DNA of 64,000 nucleotides from the human T2T-CHM13v2.0 reference genome, Homo sapiens. The position numbers were made by a program, and so were the translations under genes. The notes beneath the pieces were generated by a model that had not been told where the DNA came from, made no database searches, and saw nothing but the letters and a program-made list of their open reading frames with translations. The stretch is taken from assembly GCF_009914755.1 (NCBI RefSeq), contig NC_060925.1; one strand, written 5' to 3'. The stretch's first letter is position 1; each line of letters begins with the position of its first letter. Positions 42,934 through 54,140 of the stretch are shown here, piece by piece.

Positions 42934-44300
42934 TTTGGAGGCAGACTCTTGCTGCTCTGTTGCCCAGGCTGGAGTGCAGTGGTGCAATCCCAGCTCACTG
43001 CAGCCTTGACTTACCAGGCTGGGGTGATCCTCAGCATCCCCAGGAGCTGGGACTATAAGTATGTGCCACCATGCTTAGACAAATTTTTATTTTTAGTAGA
43101 GATGGATTTTGCCACATTGGCCAGGCTGGTCTGGAACTCCTGACCTCAAGTGATCCACCCACCTTGGCCTTCCAAAGTGCTGGGAGGTGTGAGCCACTGC
43201 ACCCGGCCAATGATAGCTTTTTTGATCACACAGAAGAATTTGGCCTTCTCCTCAACCCAAATAAGAGAATAACTAAAAATCCAATGCATCCAATTAAAAC
43301 ATAGTTAAGATGGAATTAAAGTCATGTTAGACAAACCCTTGTAATTTTCAATGCATTTTCTTCTAACAGCCAAGATGCTTTGGTCACAGCATTTGGCTGA
43401 GATGAGGCACAGGCATTGTCATCCCTATTTGACATTTACAAAGAGGTAAGGAGCCCAGACTGGGATCTGAGTACATGCATTCACTGACAGTTACTGAGCA
43501 CCAATCAGATGCCAGCCGCTTGGCCAGGCACGGGGCATACTGGTGTGAACAGAAACAGACATGCTCTCATGAAACTTACATTCTAGTGGGAGAAGAAGAC
43601 AATAAATAAATTGACATATGACATAATGTCAAATAACAAGTGCCATGGAGGAAAATAAGAGAGGGGAAGAGAAGAGTGTGCCTGAGATTGAGAACAAGGC
43701 AGATACTTCAGGCTCAGTGGGCCTGCGGAGGTGGTTTTGAGCAGAGAACTGAAATAAAGTGAGAGAGAAGCCAAGGAAATATTACAAGGGGTGGAAGAAG
43801 GTCTTTCTAGACCAAGGGGAGAACGAACACAAAGGCTCTGGGCTGGAATAGAAAGGGAATATGGCTGGAGCAGAGTGAAGGAAAAGGAGAAAGGGAAGAA
43901 ATGAGATAGAAAATTACTGAGGCCAGGTCACATAGGGTAGATAGGCCATGGAGAGGCTTTTGATTTTATTCTAAGTGTGATGGGAAGTCATGGAAGGATT
44001 TTGAGCAGGGAAGTGACATGATCTGTAATTACAGATTGCTCCCACTGCTGTCTCCAGATAGAGATTGTAGGAAAAAGCAAGGACACACATTCAGAGGCCA
44101 ACACAGTTCAGGCAAAAGAGGACACTGGCTGGGACCAGGGCAATGGTCCAGGTAATTAGAAGAGGTAAGAATCAGGATACATTTTGAAGGTAGGACTAGC
44201 AGGGTTTGCTTATGATCTGAACATGTAATGTGAAAGAGGAAGCAAACAATTTCTGCCTGATGTTTCTGCCTGGTGAACTGGTGAATGATGGTGCCCTTCG
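41000..44300 (-). mobile_element. Cluster of L2 (and MIR) fragments
   Basis: Purine-rich L2 motifs (ttttattctaagtgtgatgggaag, ggattttgagcagggaagtgacatgatc). Confidence 0.6.
42899..43208 (-). mobile_element. Alu (J/old S) with (TTG)n tail
   Basis: Dimeric Alu preceded by about ten TTG units. Confidence 0.9.
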
Positions 44301-44964
44301 GCTCCTGGGGCTTCACAATGGTTTGTTATCCATGAGGACAACTGTCTGCTCTCTGGATTTTTCTGAGCAGATGGGTAGTTATTAAGCAGGCTCAGCTCTA
44401 GGCCAAACTGAGAAGAAACTAGAAGAAAAAAATTTAATTTTTAACTTCCAAGAAGAACCTGGTCCCAGCCGCCAGCCCCACCATGCAGCTTGTTCCCCTC
44501 ACCCCACCAAAAGGTGGTAGCAGGGGGCTACCCCTGAGTAGGGATTAAGTCATTTGCTTCTTTTTCAGAAAACTTTACACTTTGAGTGTTATTTTATTGG
44601 TGAAATGGAATGTTTCATCTCCCACTGACAGAGTTCTGGGTACTGACAAGCCCATGAGAAGGAATTATGAGAAAAAGAAAGCTTTTTGCCTCTGAATCAT
44701 GCCCATTTGCAACCAGTTATACACGAGACCAGTTCTGTAACCTAAACCACCTGTAAAGCACAGGAATAATCAGGTAGAACTTGCTAAACGTCAAGGTCTC
44801 ATCTCCATGTTCCATGAGTCTATGAATCACTTTTAACCTTTAAAAATCTATAGACTCTATATACAAGGGGGGGGAAATTGTGAATACCAGATAAGAATTA
44901 TACTTTGCACAAGCCCAAATAACACAAATCCTTAAGGTTTTAAGGTGCCTAGGATGGATTAGAC

Positions 44965-45171
44965 CAGGAGTCAGCACACACTTTCCAGAAAAGGCCAATA
45001 GTAAATATTCTAGGCTTTGTGGGTCTTCATTGCACCTACTCAACATTGCCATTAAGGTGAAGGCAGCATTAGAAAATATGCAAAAGGATGGGAAAGCTGT
45101 GTTCCAATAAAACTTTGTTTACAAAACAGCAGGCTGGATTTGGCCCACAGGTTGTAGTTTGCTGACCCCTG
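44965..45171. mobile_element. MER58A hAT-Charlie element
   Basis: TIRs caggagtcagca...tgctgacccctg; gtgttccaataaaacttt core. Confidence 0.85.
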
Positions 45172-47586
45172 GCTTATGCCATCATTGCATGACAGCTGGG
45201 CAATGAGTAAGTGGAGCTCCAGAAAGGCAAAGGTAGAAGCCAGTGCCAGGGCTTGAAATTCTCATAGGTTTGTGCATGAGGATCTGAGAAGGGGCCTTGT
45301 TGGCCAGTTGGCTTTGGTGTTCTTGAGCAGTCATATTGCCCAACCTAGGTTTCCTTCTAGGGAATCATCTCTTCTGGGCACCTGTAGTACAACAGAATAT
45401 ATAATAGTGATCCCTTCATATTCCATTTGGGGAACCTGTCCTAAACAACAGGCCAAAGACATCAGAGTTTTAAAAGTGCTATAGGAGATCAGACCAATAA
45501 TCCACCCTTGCATTCATTTATTGAGCACCTACTGTGTGCCAGGCACTAAGGATACAAGAGTACAGAAAAAGGGTCTCTGCTCTCAAACAGTTCTCGAAAA
45601 GTAATTTGGAAATAATAATAATTACCTTTTGATATCATGTCTGCAGCAGTTTGTCCTCATACTCTTACCCTTGTTTCCTTCTCTTCAGTCTCACAGGACA
45701 GAGGAGGTGCTCTTCCCAGTTCAAGGCTTATACCTCCATTTGGTCCTAGAGAGCATCCATTCCTGCCTCCTTGGAGCTTCACTTAGCTCACTGAACCCTC
45801 CCCAGACTCTCATAGGGATTGGTACTCACCCAGTGTAGAGTGTCCGAGGCAGTCCAAGGTCAGCTGACCCACCTATGGTATTCTACCACTCAGGTTCCCT
45901 TTCCTCCACCTGAGCATTACGTCAGGGACAGAGAGCCCAAGGGGTTTGAATAACAATCAATTCATTCAACAAATACGCCCTGTGCTCTAGCATCCTGATA
46001 GACGTCAGTGAACAAAACAGACAAAAAATTCTTATCCTCATAGTATCTGTAATCTAATGAGTGGAGTCAGAAAAATGAATAGGTGGCAAATCAATTTCCT
46101 TGACAAAAACATAATTTAGCTTGCAAAAAAATGGAAGGCAAAGCACTGTACATCTAGTGATATTTGGGTGGACTGGGGCCTAAAAGAAAAAATGGGGGAA
46201 TTAGGCTTTTCTCTAGATCCAGGGTAGAAGTTGACGAAGTGCTTGACAAGGTGCATAAAGCTGATAGAAACATAATTTCCTCACTGAGAAGTAATTGCAA
46301 TGCCTTCAGATTCCACCCTCTTGCTTTCCATTGCCACTGCCTAGATGCTCACCCCTCCAGTCAGCCCAGAAGGTTCCTGAGCAAGCTGCCACAGGGGCTC
46401 GAGCAACCTGCCCATGGCCTGGCTCCTTTGGGGGCACCAAGGCCCTGGGAACCTGCAGCACAGCCCTGGGCAGAACTGGGGTCCCTCCTGAAGACCAAGA
46501 AAAGAACCATTTCCCCTTATAACTGGCGGGTTCAATACTGTTTTCTGAAAGAGAGGCCTCCTTGGCTCCTACACTAATAGGTGTGGTTCCAGGACCCAGA
46601 CACCGTAGTTCTTCCATGCATCTGATTCTGACAAAGAGGTTTTCTGCCTTTGAGCAATATGTTGTGTACAGAAATAAACCAGGTGGTGGTTTATGTTTCC
46701 TTAGGAACTATTTGCAATAAGAAGTTCAATATTAATGACATCTGTAGTTAATGCCTGGCCCACTGGAGTGAGGCTGAGGAAAGGGATGGCATAAAGTTGG
46801 GTCACCTGTCTATAAAATTAATGGAAGCTCCTGGAGTTGTGCAGTGCACAGCATGTAAAACAGTACTTGCCGACCCCCTGTGTGAGAGGCAAGGAAATTA
46901 AGAAAGCCAGAAAAGGAAGAACTGATGTATAGTTTATTCATTCCATAGCATGGGAATAATTAAAACTACCCTGTGGGGTGATCAAAAGTAGAGCTTAGAG
47001 CTTAATTTTGTAAAGCATCTCATATAGTGCCTAGCACAGGTCAGGCACTCCAGGATCAGTAGATGGGTATAAAACCTCTGAAGTCATCATACTAGAATAG
47101 TAAAAGAAGGTATGGTTAACGAGCTAAAGAAAAGGAAGTTAAATGATTTTTTTAAAAAAAGGAGGCAACAGGTTAGAAAAAGGACATGAAATAAGTGAGA
47201 CAAATAAAAAAATAGATACTAGGTATAAATCCAAATATATCAGTAATTACATTTAATGTCAATGGGCTTATTAAAATACAAAGTTTGCTAGCTTGGATGA
47301 AAAACAAAACCCAGCTACATACTGCTTACAAAAATATACCTTAAATATAGGAACATAGAAAGATTAAAAGTAAACGGACGGAAGAAGATACACAATGCAA
47401 ACACTAACCAAAAGAATTTCAATGCAGCCATACTAATGTTAAACAAAGTAAACTTTAAGGCAAGAAGCATTACTAGAGATAATGAGAGATATTGGTCAAT
47501 GATAGAAGGGTAATTCTACCAGGAAGACCTAACAATTATAACTTTGTATGCACCTAATAACACAGCTTTAAAATTTGTAAAGTGAA

Positions 47587-47880
<294 letters not shown>

Positions 47881-48094
47881 TTGTGAAGCAAAACTTGAAA
47901 GAACTATATGGAGCAGACCAATGCACAGTAAAAACTGGTAATTTTAAATAATTAGAGGAACTAGTAGACGATTGTCTAATAATAACTAAGAGACAATAGA
48001 TGTTTATAAATAAAAAGTCAATAAGGGTATAGAAAATCAGTACACCACCACAACCTAACTGACATGCATAGAACAATGTACTCAACAAAGAATA

Positions 48095-48688
48095 CAGTAA
48101 ATCCTAACTTAATATCCATAGGTTCTTAGAAACTGCCACTTTAAGCAAAATGACATATAGCAAAGCCAACTCTACCATAGGCTAATTGATAGAAGCAAGA
48201 GTTAAGTTTCTAAAGCTTATTTCTAGTCACAAAAACATCATCAAACTTCTAATAAAGATCAAAAAACCCTTCTAATATTTAGCATTGAAATATGAAACAT
48301 ACATACATTTAAGAAAGATTTATACAAACAAGTAAGATAATATTTGCCTAATTATTTCAGTTCAGGGTTGTGAGTGGCTGGAGCCTATCTTGGCAGCTCA
48401 GGGTGTAAGGTGGGAAGCAGCCCTGGCCAGGACACCATTCCATTGGGGGCCATGCATACACATACTCACACATACTTAGACTGGCACAATCTAGACACAC
48501 CAGTCCACCTAATATGCACATCTTTGAGATGTGGGAAGAAACCAGGGCACCTGGAGAAAACCTGTCCAGACATGGGGAGCGCACACAAACTCCATACAGA
48601 CAGTGGCCCTGGCTGGGAATACTTTTTTTCTCATTAACATTGTAACAAAATGACATAGAATGAAATAATGTTGTTAGAGGATCTACTG
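48095..48688. mobile_element. MER6-type TcMar-Tigger element
   Basis: TA TSD with TIRs cagtaaatcct / aggatctactg; gatgtgggaagaaaccag..cacctggagaaaacc core. Confidence 0.8.
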
Positions 48689-51600
48689 TATAATATATTT
48701 GTAGCACATGGAAAATGTACCAAAATTGACCTTACATTCAGCCATATAGCAAATTCTCAAGAAATTTCAAAGGATCAGAGTGTTTCTATAGAATTAAACC
48801 AGAATAGTAGGATTAACCTAGAATCTCATAATTTAAAAAAGTACCAGAACATCCCTCAATTTTACAAATTACACAATTCAGTCAATGAATGATAGCTCTT
48901 ATTAACAAGAACAATAATGATCAGACATGGTTTATACCTTTAAGAGCTAAAAGTCTACCTGGTAGGGGAGAAAGGATGCACATTGTAAATAACCATCATG
49001 CAAGATAGAATGTGATAGGTACTTAAGAATGACACAAGGAAATGCTAGGGATGAGTTCACGAGTGGGAACAATCACATGTCCTCTGAGCTCTGAGGACGG
49101 GGTGGTTGAGGGAGGTCTCCCTGGAATAGACGCATTTAGGCTAGATCTTAAAAGATGGGAAGAACATGATCCTGCAAAACTAGGGGTATGAGGCATTTGA
49201 CAAAAAAGGAGCAGTGTAACAAAGTAACTATAGATGAGGGCAAGGGTGAGGTGTAATCAAGGCATAATATGTAGTTTAATTTAACTGGAGCAAAGGTTAC
49301 CAGCAGTGCTGAGAAGGAGGGAAGGGGAGAAGGGTAGCTGCTGAGGGGCTCTGAATGCCAGGCCAAATGGTCTGGGTGTTATTCTGAGGTTCACAGGAGG
49401 TCAGAGGACTGTTTTGAGCCAGAGTGTGACCGAGAAGAGCTGTACTTGGGGAAGGCAATTTGGCAGAAGTGTGTGAAATGGCCCCGAGCTGGGAAAAGGA
49501 AACAATGGAGATAGGGAGCCCGGGAGGGGAGAGCCCAAATCTTGGCAGTGACTGCGACTGGGAAGAGGGGGAGATAATTCAGTGGGAGAGAAACCCAGGC
49601 CTCCCTCCCAACAAAGCCACCCACATCCCTCACTTAGCAGCCTAACAATGCATTAAAATCACTGCCTAATTGCTCCTTTCAAAGTTAATGCTCCAAAATG
49701 GGGAAACGTGTGTGATGTTTAGTCTCATCTCTGCCGCCCAAGCTGCAATTTGAAAGCCCAATCTTTTTAAAAATAGAATGAGATAAACCCCCCTAGACAC
49801 ATCCCAGACCCTCCGAATCCCATGTTTGCCTTTCTCAAATACATCTTTCTTTGAAGATTCATGTGTCTCCCACAGTTTGGGCAGGTGACCTGAGCTCTCT
49901 CTCGATAGAATTCCTGGAGAGCTCCCAGGCGCCTCCCCTGCTCATGGGAGCCCCATGCCCAGGCCTCCTGGGCAAAGCCACAGAGGTCCTCAAGCCAGGC
50001 TGACTAGAAAGAGGTACAGAGGCATAATTGTGTTCCTGCAACTTCAGCCCTCAACTCCTTTCCCTCTACTTGAGAGCTCTCTGGTGGGGCAGGTTTGCCC
50101 TGAGGGCCACCATCCCACACTGTCTAGAGAGAGGCTTCTTCCTCTCCCTTCCTCCGTAATCATTACAAACAGTGGATATGACACAGTTCGTGCACTGGCT
50201 TCCCCTCTTGTGTCTAAAAGCTTGAGTCCTAAACAGCATTACACACTGCACACCATCTTCCTGAACAAAACAAAATGACTTTGCTGTAGGTGCATTGATA
50301 CAGAAGCAAGAGGCAAGTATTGGTGTCCGGGTGAAGAGGACTGCTCTTTCCAGCCACCCATAAGCCCAAATGCCTTCTCCCCAGCCAACTTACTTCTGTA
50401 CTTTTTCTTTGAATGCTGCTTCCAGCCCCCATTAGGATTTACCTAACTGAACCTGATTTTCCTAACATCCTGGGTCACCAAGGATAGTGATGTTTTCACT
50501 AGTCAGGCAGTTCCTGCCCTGAAGTTTAGAGGAAACTCCTCTCCACAATAGCTCCTGTTTGCAAATCCCACTTACGCAAAACAAGCTCACACTGGCTTTC
50601 TGTCTTCTGTCTTCTATCTTCTATCTAGATTCTGCAGTTATCTAAAACCTTCAAGTTATGGGATCTCCTGAATCTCAGTTTCCTTATTTGTAAGACAAGG
50701 AAAATAATATTATGTGCATCAAGGTTATTATTAGAATTAAATGAGATATTTGTAAATAACTTAGTGCATAGTAAGCACTTAGCAAATACTGGCTGCTATT
50801 ATAATTTTGATTATGGTTGTCTCAAGCCCTGAGCCGGAGCTCAGTGATCTAGTGTGTGCTGGATACATTCACCTGAGCACATCACACAAGCACTCAGCCT
50901 CAGCATGGAAGAGTATATGGAGTTAGAAAAATGTAGGGGCAGTGATAGGGCTCCGAGGATTCCGTGCTCGAGGCACAATCACCTGTGCCTTCTTACCTAT
51001 GTCAGTCAGTTCTCTCAACTACCCTGAGAAGTGTCATTCTTTGCACTGGTAAGATGAGGAAACGGAATTCAGAGACAGAATCCGGTATCCTGCTGAAGTT
51101 TACAAAATTAGCAAGTAACAGAATCTGGATTAGAAGCCTGGCCTGTCTAGCTCCAGAGCCCACTTTTCTTTCTGTTATATAGTGAAGGCCATGGCGCTAC
51201 ATATGGGGAGGTGCTCAGAGAAGTAGCCAGGAAGCTGAGTCAGCTACTAAGACTGACTGAAGACTCATGTCGATGACATAATCAGCCAGTGATGGCCAAC
51301 ATCACCACCAAGAAGCAGAACTGCTTTCCCTATTGGCAACCTGTTTACCCTGGGCTCCCCTGACTTGCTCCGGGGGGAAAGTGGTGAGCGGGTAGAACAC
51401 ACAGTAAACATTTCAGGAGAATCTCGTCTCCTGAAGCCTATAGTTGAGTGGCTTGCAATGCTCTTGGGGGATGCTAGTGATGCCAGGTTGGACTCAGCTA
51501 CTGCTAAAGAGAAAGGGACAAGGTGAAGGGAAAGTCGGGATGGAGGCAAGGGAGGGGCAAGAGGGAGGTGACTGGTAAAGAACAGAGAGATGTCAACACT

Positions 51601-51729
51601 CCATGGCAATCTTGCCTAACCTTCCAACCTCCCCACCCCTGTTGTGGCCTCTCCTTCCTTGAGCATCCTTAAGAAGCATTTTCATGGCCTGAATGCAGCA
51701 AAGCCTGGGGACAAGGAACAGTCCAGGCC

Positions 51730-51890
51730 CAGTACTTCTCAAACTCCAATGTGCAACAGATACCCTGAAGGTCTTGTTGAGATGCAGATTTGGATTCAGG
51801 AGGTCACAGGTGGGTCCTGAGATTCTGCATTTCTAACAAGGTCCAGGTGATGTCGATGCTGCTGGCCCACAGACCACACTTGGAGCACTG
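51730..51890. mobile_element. MER5A, ~95 nt upstream of the exon-2 acceptor
   Basis: cagtacttctcaaact...ctgcatttctaacaag...ccacagaccacactt. Confidence 0.8.
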
Positions 51891-51983
51891 AGGGTGCAGA
51901 TGGTCCCTCCTGATCCCCTTTGGCCTTAGGACGCTGGGAGTCACGCTGTTTCAGCACCCTGCCTGCTGTGTTTTTCTTCTTAG

Positions 51984-52303
51984 ATGATCTAAATGCCACA
52001 TGTGTGGAGCCCACAGAGCTGACAGGGTGGCCCATCACCCGGGTGGGGAACCCACTCCGATACATGTGCATCACGCACCTGGACCACAAAGACTACATCT
52101 TCCTGCTGCTCATCGGCTTCTGCATCTTCGCCGCGGGAACTGTGGCTGCCTGGCTCACAGGTGTGTGTGCTGTGCTCTACCAGAACACCCGCCACAAGTC
52201 GAGTGAAGAAGATGAGGACGAGGCCGGGACTAGGGTGGAAGTCAGCCGGCGGATTTTTCAAACCCAGACGAGCTCGGTCCAGGAGTTCCCTCAGCTTATT
52301 TAG
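51984..52303 (+). CDS. LRRC52: LRRC52 coding exon 2: end of LRRCT, TM helix, cytoplasmic tail, stop TAG
   Basis: Acceptor gtgtttttcttcttag|AT; G+AT joins in frame (..MDPSD-DLNATCVEP..). TM YIFLLLIGFCIFAAGTVAAWLTGVCAVLY. 622+320=942 nt = 313 aa + stop. Confidence 0.97.
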
Positions 52304-52412
52304 TTGCCAGAGACCACTATCTTATGTGCCTCCCCCAGGCTCCCTGCTTTCTCTCTTGCCCTCCCCATCCCACCACCTTGGAGCTGTCATAGAGATTGAA
52401 ACCTTCTAGTAA

Positions 52413-52422
52413 AATAAATAAA
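52413..52422 (+). terminator. LRRC52: Polyadenylation signal of LRRC52 (two overlapping AATAAA)
   Basis: AATAAATAAA 110 nt after the stop codon; implies a short 3' UTR. Confidence 0.8.
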
Positions 52423-53879
52423 ATCTCTGATGGCCATTTCACAGGTTGGTCCCTTCCCACTGCACCAGCCCGAGGATGATTCCTTGAGCTCAGCAGGATG
52501 GGGTAGAACAAAATCTAGAAACGTTGTTGGATGCACCTAAATACCGAGAAAGTCTACCCCAAAAGTAAGCCATCTCATGTTTAATAAGTACATATTATGT
52601 CCCCAAACTAAGTGCTGGAGGGATGGATACAAGGAATACAAGATTTAAGATCTTCCCTAAAGAGCAAACAATTTAAGTGGAAGTGAAGATTAATATTAAT
52701 CAAATGGAGAAAAGTATAAGACAATGATAAGAACTAACATTAATGGAATGTGTCCATCCATGTACCATCTTCACACTCCATCTTGTAGTTATCACAGCCA
52801 TCCTATAATATTGATATTATTTTACCGTGAAAATTTGAGGCCTGAACAAGTTAAACAACTGATTGAGGTCACCCAACTGGTAAGTAACACAGCCTCCCAA
52901 AGTCCATGTTCTTTCCTTTACATGAAATATAAATATTTAGCAGCACAACCAAGGGTTCATCATGTAAGCCTGGCCACACAAAGGTGGCCACCACCCAGCG
53001 GGTCCATCCCAAGTACCCAGCATTGTGCCCAGCTTTATGCACATTTCCCCCTGGGCTAATGTGCGTGACAACAAGGTCAGGTGGTCATTGTCACCATCGT
53101 TTTCCTGAGGCATGGAGAGATGAAGTCACCAGCTCAAGATCACATAGTTGGTAAGAGCAGAGCAACTGCTGGACCCATGCCAAAGTCCATGCCCTCTCAC
53201 TACAAGCTACTGTTTATCACTGAGCACTAAACAGAATAGCCAAGTGTACACAAGCATGTCCTGCGCTCAGGGACATGTGGCAAAGGGAGTGAAGAGAGGG
53301 TTGGCTCAACCCAGGCCCCAAGACCCATTCCAGGTTTTCCTTTTTGCTCTACTCAGATCAAATTATACTCATGTTCAAGACTCAGATCAAACCCCCACCC
53401 ATGAAACTAGCTGTCTCTAAACCCCCAACCAGACCCGTTTTTACATCTGCACTTCCACTGTGAATTGCATGTGACTCTAATCACCACTTGCCCTCCAGTT
53501 TGTTTGGTGCAATGCTTAAGAGCATGGGTCCAGACTCAGGAGCTGGATCTCTATCCCCAGTTCTGCACTTAGCACTGTGTGAACTTGGGCTTCCTACTTA
53601 TAATGACCTTGAGAGCAGAGACCATTTGCCTTCAGTGTTCTCTATTGACACAGCATATAGAGTGATAACTTCCACAAAATAAGTGTTTATTACTGCATTC
53701 TATTTAAATCCCAACCCACCAATCATTCCTACTTTGTTATCCTGAACTAAGAGTGACCATGGGCAAGTTATTTAACTTTTGTGTGTCTCAGTTTCTTCAT
53801 CTGTAAGTGGCAATCACTGCAGTGCTTATATAGGGATATTTTGAGAATACAATGAATATCAATTGTAATAAGAATTTAT

Positions 53880-54140
53880 TTTAATACACTTTTTATTATG
53901 GAATAACTTTGGACTAAGCTACAGAGGTAGCACAGAGTTCCCACATACCTCTCACCCAGTTCCCCCTAACGTTATCTCACATTACAGTGGTACATTTATC
54001 AAAGCTGAAAAATTTATATTGGAACACTACTATTAACTAAACTCCACACTTTATTGGTATTTCATTAGTTTTTTTTTCCACAATGCCCTTTTCTCTGTTC
54101 CAAGACCCAATCTAGGATACCACGTTTGCATTTAGGATAT
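53880..54140 (-). mobile_element. L1MC-like 3' end
   Basis: acagagttcccacatacc, tattaactaaactcca, caggataccac motifs. Confidence 0.65.

Noticed and set aside
42796-42987. Poly-Q / poly-L ORFs
   Set aside because: Translations of an Alu (CAA)n tail.
51920-51983. N-terminus of the 127-aa ORF
   Set aside because: Intronic (TTG start, polypyrimidine tract); coding begins at the acceptor, 51984.
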